From positions 288,001 through 352,000 of the forward strand of contig CAWBCT010000005.1 in NCBI GenBank assembly GCA_963787445.1: 64,000 bases of DNA. Direction: 5' to 3'. This DNA is from an uncultured archaeon (GTDB lineage: Archaea; Micrarchaeota; Micrarchaeia; Micrarchaeales; CABMGC01). The first letter of the stretch is position 1; each line of letters opens with the position of its first letter. The notes beneath the pieces are model-generated. The model saw nothing but the letters and a program-made list of their open reading frames with translations, made no database searches and was not told where the DNA came from. The translations under genes and the position numbers were made by a program. Shown one piece after another: positions 46,453 through 54,673 of the stretch.

Positions 46453-47454
46453 ATGGCAAAGCAGATACTCAACGCCTCGGAAGTGGACCCGAACAAGATA
46501 CTTCCAATAAAGTACGACTGGGCTAGAATGCACTACAAGTCCGGGGTCGCCAACAACTGGGTCCCTGACGAGATACCCATGCAGCAGGACATCGAGCTCT
46601 GGAAGAAGAAGGACGGGCTGAGCGACGATGAGAGGCGCATGATAATGTGGAATCTTGGCTTCTTCTCAACCGCAGAGAGCCTCACGGCGAACAACATCGT
46701 CCTCTCGGTCTACAAACACATAACCAACCCCGAGGCACGCCAATATCTTCTAAGACAGGCCTACGAGGAGGCTGTGCACACGGAGACCTTCCTTTACTGC
46801 TGCGACTCCCTGGGACTAAACCCGGAGGAGGTCTACAATATGTACATGACGATTCCAAGCATCAAGGCGAAGGATGACTACGTTGTGGACCTGACAAAAT
46901 CCATACTTGACCCGAATTTCAGCACCGTAGGAGATGAAAACATTAAGAGATTCGTCTACGACCTGGTCGGCTATTATGTGATCATGGAGGGGATCTTCTT
47001 CTACGCCGGGTTCGCCATGATGCTTTCGCTCCTTAGAAGCAACAGAATGGTCGGGGTGGGAGAGCAGTTCCAGTACATACTTCGCGATGAGACAGTTCAC
47101 CTGGCCTTCGGCGCAGACCTCATCAACACGATAGTAGCAGAGAACCCGCAGATCTGGACAGAGAAGTTCAAGCAGGAGCTCACCGACTCGATAAAGAAAG
47201 GCGTTGATCTTGAGGTAATGTACGCAAGGGATGCGTTGCCTAGGGGAATTCTTGGCCTTAACGCAGAGATGGTCAAGCAGTACATGGAATACATTGGAGA
47301 CAGGAGGCTTGAGCGCATCGGACTTAAGCGCCTTTACAACGCCGAGACCCCGTTCCCCTGGATGAGCGAGATAGTTGACCTTAAGAAAGAGAAGAACTTC
47401 TTCGAGACCCGCGTTACCGAGTATAAACAACGTGGAGATCTTTCTTGGGAGTAA
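46453..47454 (+). CDS. nrdB: Ribonucleotide reductase beta subunit, class Ic (Mn/Fe) signature
   Basis: FFSTAESL, EEAVHTETF, EGIFFY, RDETVH, NFFETRVTEY. Confidence 0.93.
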   Translation: MAKQILNASEVDPNKILPIKYDWARMHYKSGVANNWVPDEIPMQQDIELWKKKDGLSDDERRMIMWNLGFFSTAESLTANNIVLSVYKHITNPEARQYLLRQAYEEAVHTETFLYCCDSLGLNPEEVYNMYMTIPSIKAKDDYVVDLTKSILDPNFSTVGDENIKRFVYDLVGYYVIMEGIFFYAGFAMMLSLLRSNRMVGVGEQFQYILRDETVHLAFGADLINTIVAENPQIWTEKFKQELTDSIKKGVDLEVMYARDALPRGILGLNAEMVKQYMEYIGDRRLERIGLKRLYNAETPFPWMSEIVDLKKEKNFFETRVTEYKQRGDLSWE

Positions 47455-47458
47455 TAAT

Positions 47459-47806
47459 TTATTTGGATCTGTAGATTCTCTCGCTGCGCTTGAATGGAGG
47501 ATAGGATATGGCAAGTAGGGTAAGCCCTGAAAGGTTTCTGTAGGGTGTTCCTTTAGGTATTATTATCCAATCACCCTTCTTTACCTGGTGTTTTTTGCCA
47601 TTGATTATTGAAGTGCCTTCTCCTTCAAGAATGTAGTAGGCAACATTGCTTACCTTGTCAATTCCTTGCTTGCCGGAATCAACGTTGAATTTTTTAACTT
47701 GGGCTATGCTAAATGGCCAATCATTTGCATTTATTATGTCGGTAACAAGTTTGTCCTGAAACTGTTTCGACTTTAGCTCTGACGTTCGGATTATCTTGGC
47801 TTTTAT
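47459..47806 (-). CDS. Cupin-domain protein with ATA start (or start-loss pseudogene)
   Basis: Not in the ORF track. 116 codons including the stop: (I)KAKIIRTSEL...YYILEGEGTSIINGKKHQVKKGDWIIIPKGTPYR...LAISYPPF. Confidence 0.75.
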   Translation of the reverse strand: MKAKIIRTSELKSKQFQDKLVTDIINANDWPFSIAQVKKFNVDSGKQGIDKVSNVAYYILEGEGTSIINGKKHQVKKGDWIIIPKGTPYRNLSGLTLLAISYPPFKRSERIYRSK

Positions 47807-47814
47807 TTAATCAC

Positions 47815-48054
47815 TTATTCTCTACCAACTACTACGTTTTCAGAAATCTTCTTGACGCGCTTGAATGCAACGCTTCCCTTCTGGAGATCAACGCGGGGGT
47901 TGGTGCTCCTTATGAGCCTTTCAGCATCGGTCAGAAGCAGGTGAGATACGGCCCCGTCTTCGAGGTTTATCATTATGCCCTTAACTTCGCCGACTATGTT
48001 TCCCTCATTAGAAATAATCTTCTTCCCATAAAGTTCAGAAATCATTACGCCCAC
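47815..48054 (-). CDS. PRC-barrel domain protein
   Basis: SELYGKKIISNEGNIVGEVKGIMINLEDGAVSHL. Confidence 0.85.
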   Translation of the reverse strand: MGVMISELYGKKIISNEGNIVGEVKGIMINLEDGAVSHLLLTDAERLIRSTNPRVDLQKGSVAFKRVKKISENVVVGRE

Positions 48055-48058
48055 AAAA

Positions 48059-48607
48059 TCACTCGTTTATTACAATCTTATGTATCCTTTTGGAAGCAAA
48101 TATTCTTATTATGTACTCATTAAGGGTGTTTATGAAGGTCTCTCTGTCTTTCCTGAGTTCCTCAAGCTCTTTTTCGTCAAAAAGTTCCGCTTTCCTATCC
48201 ACAAGGCGCTCAAGGTAGGTTCGCGTGATGGAATAGAAGCGCTTGTCGCACTTTGTGCACCTGAAGATCGGCGCCACCGGAACCTCCTCTATGAGCTCCG
48301 GTTCGACAAAATCCAGTTCCCTGATCAGTTTGGCCCCACAGGTTGGGCAACCAACTGAGAGCGTAGTGCGCGGCAGCTCTTTTGTGGGAACCAGCTTGAA
48401 GTTGGTGCCCATTAATTTGCTTATCGCCTGCTCTGGCGTGGAGGTTTTCAGATATTCCTGGTCAAGAACGCCCTTTTTGGGGTCCAGTTCCGTCACAAGC
48501 ACGCCGCTCGCTGTCTTCTCGAAGATGAAACTGCTGGGAAAAGAGCCTCCGGCATCCGCTTTGTACCTGTTTCGTCTTACCAGGATCGTCCGCTCTTCTT
48601 TACTCAT
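48059..48607 (-). CDS. Hypothetical zinc-ribbon protein
   Basis: CPTC...CTKC. Confidence 0.7.
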   Translation of the reverse strand: MSKEERTILVRRNRYKADAGGSFPSSFIFEKTASGVLVTELDPKKGVLDQEYLKTSTPEQAISKLMGTNFKLVPTKELPRTTLSVGCPTCGAKLIRELDFVEPELIEEVPVAPIFRCTKCDKRFYSITRTYLERLVDRKAELFDEKELEELRKDRETFINTLNEYIIRIFASKRIHKIVINE

Positions 48608-48815
48608 CCAAGCCCTTTATTAGGTACTCCTTTATGTCGTCCTTGGTTACCTTCTCGCGGCCCTTGCTCTTCGCGTTGCGCACCGCAAAGCCTGCGATGT
48701 CCTTCGCCTTCTTCTCTATTATCCGGGCGAGCTCGTTTGCTCCGTCCTCCGTTATGTTGGCCCCGTAGTAACGCTTCACGAGCGTCTTGATGGAACTTTT
48801 GGGTATGTTGGCCAT
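48600..48815 (-). CDS. Archaeal histone-fold protein (divergent)
   Basis: IPKSSIKTLVK...ITEDGANELARIIE...AVRNAKSKGREKVTKDDI. Confidence 0.82.
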   Translation of the reverse strand: MANIPKSSIKTLVKRYYGANITEDGANELARIIEKKAKDIAGFAVRNAKSKGREKVTKDDIKEYLIKGLDE

Positions 48816-48820
48816 CGAAA

Positions 48821-48870
48821 TCAGTACTCAAGATCCTCATCACCAAGTCAGAGATTGAGATCATCACACA
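48821..48870 (-). ncRNA. C/D-box methylation guide sRNA
   Basis: GTGATGA(C)-TCTCAATCT-CTGA(D')-CTTGG-TGATGA(C')-GGATCTTGAGTA-CTGA(D); TATA-like TATAAATA about 25 nt upstream. Confidence 0.85.
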
Positions 48871-48932
48871 AGGGTAATGATTCGTTTGCTTATTTATACT
48901 TGATTGTGGGCTGCCGTTGCCCCAGAAGCAGA

Positions 48933-49613
48933 TTACTCGCTGTTGTTCTTCTTTTCCTCCTTCTTGTCCTTTATTATCGCCATGTCGTACAGGCTGGTCT
49001 CGATGGGTGTTGGTTCTGAGTGCTGCTTCTTCTGTATGGGCGCGCGCTTTCTGGACTCCCCTCCTATCTGGCGAAGCTCCCCGTACAGGGTATCCAGCTT
49101 CTTCTCTATCTCCTCCAACGCCTTGCTGCTCTCCTCTATCTTCTTGTTCAGCTCGTTAATGTCATTCTCCAGGAACTCGGCCTTGCGGCGGGTCCTGTAG
49201 CTCTTTATCGCCTCCTCCAGCTCTGCATCGATCGCATTCTTCTTGCGTATGAGGTCCTTCTCCGCATCGAGCGTGAATGCCTCGGTCGCTATGCGGAACT
49301 CTATCTGTTCCTTCCTCCTGCGCAGGTAGCCTATGTTCTTGGTTGATTTCTTCCCGGCATTGGCGTTCTTGATTGCAGCCTCCTTCTCTGACATTTTGTA
49401 GGCGAGCCGGCGCTTGCACCCCCTTATGTCGTTGAATATGACCGACTTCTTCTTCCTCTCCTCCTCGATGGCTATTGCGAGCTCTTTCTGGCGGGGCGTG
49501 GCGTTGTCAGGAAGCTTCACGCTGAAGTCCATGGGCTTATGTTCGGTGTGATGCTGCGGCCTCCCTTCCTGCTTTGCAGGGGCTTTGGCAACTGCAGGCT
49601 TGCTGGCAGGCAC
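48933..49613 (-). CDS. Coiled-coil protein
   Basis: Heptad-rich, IEFRIATEAFTLDAEKDL; may extend to CTG at 49682. Confidence 0.75.
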   Translation of the reverse strand: MPASKPAVAKAPAKQEGRPQHHTEHKPMDFSVKLPDNATPRQKELAIAIEEERKKKSVIFNDIRGCKRRLAYKMSEKEAAIKNANAGKKSTKNIGYLRRRKEQIEFRIATEAFTLDAEKDLIRKKNAIDAELEEAIKSYRTRRKAEFLENDINELNKKIEESSKALEEIEKKLDTLYGELRQIGGESRKRAPIQKKQHSEPTPIETSLYDMAIIKDKKEEKKNNSE

Positions 49614-49768
49614 CTCCTTTGCCTTCTTCTCCGGGCTCTGCTCAACAGTATTAATTGCTTGATTTTTCTTTTCTTCTTCCAGTGTATCGCCTTTCCGTTA
49701 ACTCGTTTCCTTAGCCTTATGGTTTGATAGTATTCTTTGCACGATGTATTTAGACTTGCGCTATAGCG

Positions 49769-50923
49769 CTATAACAGCGAGTTATAGACATCAACTAGCT
49801 TGTCCGTAACAACCTTTGGAGAAAACTTCATCGCGGTTTGCACCGCTCCATAATTATATGTATCTACGTTATTTAAAGCTTTTTCTATCTTCCTAGAACA
49901 CTCGTCATAATCGCCCGGGCGGAACTTCTCTCCGTTTTTGCCGTTGACTATCAGGGTCTTCAATGCGAGGTAATCCGCGCAGACCACCGGCTTGCCGGTG
50001 GCCATGGCCTCCAGTGCTACTATTCCCTGGGTTTCGAAGGTGGATGGGATGCAGAAAACATCCGACGCAGCATAGACGCGCGGGAGGGCCTGCCTGCTTA
50101 CCGGTCCCAGAAACTCGATGTTGTGCAGTCTTAGCTTGCGGGCCATCTCCCTATAGTATGCGTCTGCTGGACCTCCGCCGGCTATGACAAAGCGCAGGTC
50201 GTCCCGCCTTGAGTTAAGCTGCTTTGCCGATTTGAGCAGGGTCTCTATCTTCTTCTCTTTGCTTAGCCTTCCCACATAAAGCACTACCTTCTCATCATCG
50301 CGTATTTTATGCTCATCCCTAAAGGCATCTCCGCTGACCCTGGTGTTGAACTGCTCCGGATCGACGATGTTGGGTATCATCACCGTGTTGTTGACCCCGT
50401 GGCGCTCCAGCATGCTCGTTATCGCTTCGGATGGGGCGGTGGTGACGTCGCAGCGCCTGTAGAAGAACTTCACGTACTTCCAAAGGTACTTTATCGAGAG
50501 CCTCTTGAGCTCCGGGTTCTTCGGGTAGTACTCGTTGATTATCGCCTTGTTGTTCACCATCGTGTGGAATGAGCCGACTATGGGATAATGGCCGATTCCG
50601 GCGTTGATGAGCGCGGAGAAGCCCATGAAGAATGGGGTGTGCGCGTGCACCAGGTCGATCTCCAGCTTGCTGAGCTTGGTGATTGAGGTGTAGGGGAAGA
50701 GGGCCACGTTGTACTGCGGGTACGCCTTGAGTCCTATGCCCGGGTAGAGAAAGAGATCTTTCCTATGGGACTTCGGCGCGTCGTACCTGCCGCTCGCGAA
50801 GATGTAGACCTTGTGGCCGCGGCGCTCAAGCTCCTTCTTGAATGCGTTTATGGATGTGACTACGCCGTCTATTGCTGGTTCGTAGGTGTCTGTATAAAAA
50901 GCGAGGTTCAGCTTTCCCATCAA
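49769..50923 (-). CDS. Glycosyltransferase family 4
   Basis: TDTYEPAIDGV, HTPF, VGRLSKEK, ETQGIVALEAMA. Confidence 0.93.
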   Translation of the reverse strand: MMGKLNLAFYTDTYEPAIDGVVTSINAFKKELERRGHKVYIFASGRYDAPKSHRKDLFLYPGIGLKAYPQYNVALFPYTSITKLSKLEIDLVHAHTPFFMGFSALINAGIGHYPIVGSFHTMVNNKAIINEYYPKNPELKRLSIKYLWKYVKFFYRRCDVTTAPSEAITSMLERHGVNNTVMIPNIVDPEQFNTRVSGDAFRDEHKIRDDEKVVLYVGRLSKEKKIETLLKSAKQLNSRRDDLRFVIAGGGPADAYYREMARKLRLHNIEFLGPVSRQALPRVYAASDVFCIPSTFETQGIVALEAMATGKPVVCADYLALKTLIVNGKNGEKFRPGDYDECSRKIEKALNNVDTYNYGAVQTAMKFSPKVVTDKLVDVYNSLL

Positions 50924-50924
50924 G

Positions 50925-51323
50925 TCACAGCGTTACGGCTTCGCCGCCGGCCTGCTTGATCTTCTCGGCCGCCTTCGCAGAGAATGCGGTCGCCTTGATC
51001 AGCGCAGCCTTCTTGAGCGTGCCGCTGCTTAGTACCTTGTAGCCTGGCAAAACTATTGCAGGCTTTGCATCCTTGGATAGCATGATTTGTGCAGAAAGCT
51101 TGTCCAGGTTTATCTCATCGAGCTTCGTCTTGCCCCATCTGGTGAAGCCGTGCGAGCCGATGCTCTCCTTGTCGTACTTGACCGTCCAGGTCCACTTGTG
51201 CTTCTTTCCGCCCCTTCCGACTCCGCCGCGGTCTCCTGCGCCCCTCCTGTTCTTTATGTTGCCCGCGCCCCAGCTCCTCATGCCGAGGTACTTCCTGTTG
51301 TGCTTCTTTGATCGTAATACCAT
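50925..51323 (-). CDS. rpl15: 50S ribosomal protein uL15
   Basis: RSWGAG...RRGAGDRGGVGRGG, GYKVLSSG, AAEKIKQAGG. Confidence 0.95.
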   Translation of the reverse strand: MVLRSKKHNRKYLGMRSWGAGNIKNRRGAGDRGGVGRGGKKHKWTWTVKYDKESIGSHGFTRWGKTKLDEINLDKLSAQIMLSKDAKPAIVLPGYKVLSSGTLKKAALIKATAFSAKAAEKIKQAGGEAVTL

Positions 51324-51332
51324 GTGATAACC

Positions 51333-51758
51333 TTACATCATTCTCTTGATGAGCTTGCCCATCTCCTCTCCGCGGTAGCCGAGCGCGCCGCCGATGCTGT
51401 AGCCCTTCTTGATGCCCTCATAGCCGCGCCTGGGCGGGTGCATCCTTATGGGCTTCTCGATTATGTGCTTAAGCGTCTTCTTTCCGGTCACCACCTGCTC
51501 GATCTCCTCATTCTTGAGCTCAAAGCCCTTGCTCTTGAGCAGCTCCACCATAAGCTCCGGACTTATCTCCCCGAAGGTGACGTGGTCGTTGACCGCGTGG
51601 ATCATGCCTAGGTTGGTCTTGTTTCCGTAAAGTATTGCCAGGTTGTTCACCTTCTTGAGGTTCAGCCTGATGAGCGTGTGGTTTATGCTTTCGCGGGTGC
51701 CTACGTGTCCGCGTATGCGTACCACTGCGAGCAACTTGTTTTCAGCTTTTGACTTCAT
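51333..51758 (-). CDS. rpl30: 50S ribosomal protein uL30
   Basis: LAVVRIRG, RMHPPRRG, GALGYRG; start moved to ATG 51758. Confidence 0.95.
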   Translation of the reverse strand: MKSKAENKLLAVVRIRGHVGTRESINHTLIRLNLKKVNNLAILYGNKTNLGMIHAVNDHVTFGEISPELMVELLKSKGFELKNEEIEQVVTGKKTLKHIIEKPIRMHPPRRGYEGIKKGYSIGGALGYRGEEMGKLIKRMM

Positions 51759-51894
51759 TAAAATCACTTCAGAACATAGCAGCAATAGAGTGCCTACTGA
51801 TACTGAGTAAGTATGTAGATATGGACAAATAAGGTATTTAGACCTTTCGCGGGGGCGTAACATTCTCTACAAAAAGGGCGTTTTTACGTCCAGC

Positions 51895-52446
51895 TCAGCC
51901 GTACTTCAGCTGGTGTTGCCTCGCTTTGGCGTCAAAATCAGACTCTGAGAGCACTTCGGGGTAGTTAGCCGCAACCGAACGGAGTGTGAAATCCACCACC
52001 GTGGAGTTTACACCCATCTCGCTCAGCTTCGCCAGTCTGGGCGCCAGGGAGGCGAGGGCCTGTTCGGAGACCAGCGCCTTTGGGTCGTAGGACGTTTCCG
52101 AGACAAATTTTAGGAGCGGCAGGGTGACGTTTGGGCTTAACTTTCCTAGCAGCTCAAGGAATGAGGGCCTTGTAAGCGCTTCCAGCAGCTCCTTGGCAGC
52201 TGTTTCACCGTAGACCTTGCCTATGGAACCGTTTGGTTCTGCGGCATCGATGGCGAAAACGTAGGCCAATCTTGATTCAGAATCTAGGCGCGTGTTTGAA
52301 GATGAATCGGCAGGCCGTAGCGTAGGGGCAAGATGTAGATGGGTGCTGGGAGTGTTTGCATCAATCTTTCTTACGGAGTTAATCAGTGGTAACCTGGGTC
52401 GACCGCGCTTTCGCTCACGCTCTCTAGCTAGTGACATGTATCCCAT
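51895..52446 (-). CDS. Hypothetical protein
   Basis: 183-aa ORF with basic N-terminus, no recognised motif. Confidence 0.55.
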   Translation of the reverse strand: MGYMSLARERERKRGRPRLPLINSVRKIDANTPSTHLHLAPTLRPADSSSNTRLDSESRLAYVFAIDAAEPNGSIGKVYGETAAKELLEALTRPSFLELLGKLSPNVTLPLLKFVSETSYDPKALVSEQALASLAPRLAKLSEMGVNSTVVDFTLRSVAANYPEVLSESDFDAKARQHQLKYG

Positions 52447-52532
52447 TCAAATCCCCGCTAATAATTCTCATGTTAATTATTTATAACTATGCAATAACGG
52501 CGCGGCAGAGCTATGCTGGGAGGTGCAAAAAG

Positions 52533-52607
52533 CGGGCCCGGTGGGATTTGAACCCACGACTTGTTGGTTAAGAGCCAACCACTCTGACCAAGCTGAGTTA
52601 CGGACCC
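52533..52607 (-). tRNA. tRNA-Lys(CTT)
   Basis: GGGTCCG...GTTGG CTCTTAA CCAAC...GTGGG TTCAAAT CCCAC CGGGCCC G. Confidence 0.95.
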
Positions 52608-52750
52608 AAAAAAGCGCCTAGAAAAGGAGCCATCTAATAGATACCCTTTCATGTTTATAATACTTAGCGATTTATGCCTTTTTCCATCTACATTTTTTGC
52701 TTCCAGAAAAGGTTTATATGCTTTAAAATGTCATCAATAATGTGGGTTCT

Positions 52751-54664
52751 ATGGAAGATGTTGGGGGCGAGTATGAGGCTTCGAAAATACTCGTTTTGGA
52801 GGGTCCCCAGGGTATCAGAAAACGTCCAGCAATGTACATCGGATCGACAAGTTCTCAGGGTGTAATGCACCTGCTTGTTGAAATTCTTGACAATGCGGTG
52901 GACGAAGCGATGGGAGGCTACTGCAACAACATCTCAATCCGCCTATACAAGCATGAAAACGGTGATGTGGCCCAGGTGAGCGATGATGGAAGGGGCATAC
53001 CAGTAGGAATAATGCCCAAATACAACAAGAGCGCGCTCGAGGTCATCATGACAACGCTCCACAAGGGAGCAAAATTCGAGAGTGACTCCTATAAAGTCTC
53101 GGGAGGCCTGCATGGCGTGGGCCTCACTGTCGTAAATGCGCTTTCGGAGTTCACAGAGGTGCAGGTAAGGAAGAACGGGAAGGTTTACCGGCAGACTTTT
53201 AGCCGTGGCGCCCCCACCTCGCAGATGGAAGTTGTCGGCGAAACTACAGGAAAAGGGACAACAATAACATTCAAGCCCGACGCTGAGATATTCAAGACAA
53301 CCGCATTCGACTCGACACTTCTAAAGGAGAGATTGACCTACACAACATTCCTGAATCCAGGGCTCAGTATAACCCTCAGGGATGAAAGATTTGAGCAACC
53401 TGAGGAAAGTATTTACAAATCAGTCGAAGGAATAAAGGATTTCATAAAGTTCCTGAATAAGGGAACGACAACCATAACAGACATAATGCATGCGAAGAGC
53501 AAGGAGGGCAATTTTACAATCGATTATGCAATTCAGTATAACAACAGCTATGAGGAGAGGCTTGAATCCTTCGTAAACACTATCAAAACCACAGGTGGAG
53601 GAACGCACGTCTCCGGTTTTCATGCGGCGGTCTCGCGTGCCCTGATCAACTACCTGTCGAAGAACAGCAAGATGAATAAGAACGAGATAAAGATTACGGG
53701 AGACGACGTTCGAGAGGGCATGTGCGCGGTCATTTCCGTATGGATGCAGAATCCGGAGTTCGAGGGCCAGACAAAGGAGAAACTGGGTAATGTTCAGATA
53801 AAGTCAATGATTGAAACAGAGGTTTACGCTTCATTCTCAAGATACCTTCAGGAGCATCCTGCAGATGCACATGCGATAATAGAGAAGGCAGTTATGGCGG
53901 CGAATGCGAGAGAGAGCGCTCGCAAGGCAAGGGAGCTTTCTAGAAAACGCAGCCTGCTTGAGAGCACTGTGCTCCCCGGAAAACTCGCCGATTGCATTGA
54001 GAATGACCCATCAAAGACAGAGATCTTCATAGTCGAAGGCGAGTCGGCCGGTGGTAGTAGCAAGATGGGTCGCGACAAAAACACGCAGGCGATATTACCG
54101 CTACGCGGAAAGATCCTTAACGTGGAGAAGGCCAGCTATGATAGGATATTCGACAATACGGAAATAAGGTCAATGATAACCGCTTTTGGAACAGGGATAA
54201 GGGAGACGTTCAACACGGAGGGCGCAAGATACCATAAAATAATAATAATGACAGATGCGGATGTGGACGGCAGCCACATCCGCACTTTATTGCTGACTTT
54301 CTTCTACAGGTACATGAAGAAGCTGATCGAGGTGGGCTATGTTTACATCGCCCAGCCGCCACTTTACAAGGTAAAGATTGGGAAGGAGGAGAAGTACGTT
54401 TACAGCGATGAGGAGTTAAACACATTGCGCGTTGGAGAGGATAAGGAGGCTGAGACGCAACGCTACAAGGGACTTGGAGAGATGAATCCTGAACAACTTT
54501 GGGAGACAACGATGCACCCGGAGAAGAGGATGCTGAAGAAGGTGCACATAAAGGATGCGCAGATGGCGGACAGCCTCTTTACGATACTTATGGGCGTTGA
54601 CCCGGCGCAGAGGCGCAGATTCCTGCACGACCATGCAGAGGAAGTGAACTTCCTCGATGTCTGA
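52751..54664 (+). CDS. gyrB: DNA gyrase subunit B
   Basis: RKRPAMYIG, SGGLHGVG, EGESAGG, PLRGKILN, DADVDG, RYKGLGEM. Confidence 0.96.
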   Translation: MEDVGGEYEASKILVLEGPQGIRKRPAMYIGSTSSQGVMHLLVEILDNAVDEAMGGYCNNISIRLYKHENGDVAQVSDDGRGIPVGIMPKYNKSALEVIMTTLHKGAKFESDSYKVSGGLHGVGLTVVNALSEFTEVQVRKNGKVYRQTFSRGAPTSQMEVVGETTGKGTTITFKPDAEIFKTTAFDSTLLKERLTYTTFLNPGLSITLRDERFEQPEESIYKSVEGIKDFIKFLNKGTTTITDIMHAKSKEGNFTIDYAIQYNNSYEERLESFVNTIKTTGGGTHVSGFHAAVSRALINYLSKNSKMNKNEIKITGDDVREGMCAVISVWMQNPEFEGQTKEKLGNVQIKSMIETEVYASFSRYLQEHPADAHAIIEKAVMAANARESARKARELSRKRSLLESTVLPGKLADCIENDPSKTEIFIVEGESAGGSSKMGRDKNTQAILPLRGKILNVEKASYDRIFDNTEIRSMITAFGTGIRETFNTEGARYHKIIIMTDADVDGSHIRTLLLTFFYRYMKKLIEVGYVYIAQPPLYKVKIGKEEKYVYSDEELNTLRVGEDKEAETQRYKGLGEMNPEQLWETTMHPEKRMLKKVHIKDAQMADSLFTILMGVDPAQRRRFLHDHAEEVNFLDV

Positions 54665-54673
54665 GGCCTGAGC

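Noticed and set aside
48604-48867. 87-aa ORF overlapping the histone gene
   Set aside because: Out of frame with the histone, and its 5' part is better explained by the C/D-box sRNA.
51759-51863. N-terminal extension of uL30
   Set aside because: Promoter/leader sequence; SD-like GTGA precedes ATG 51758.
52446-52459. TTCAAATCCCC as an att-like duplicate of tRNA-Lys
   Set aside because: Opposite orientation to the tRNA, only about 10 bp, and it doubles as the ribosome-binding region of the 51895-52446 gene.
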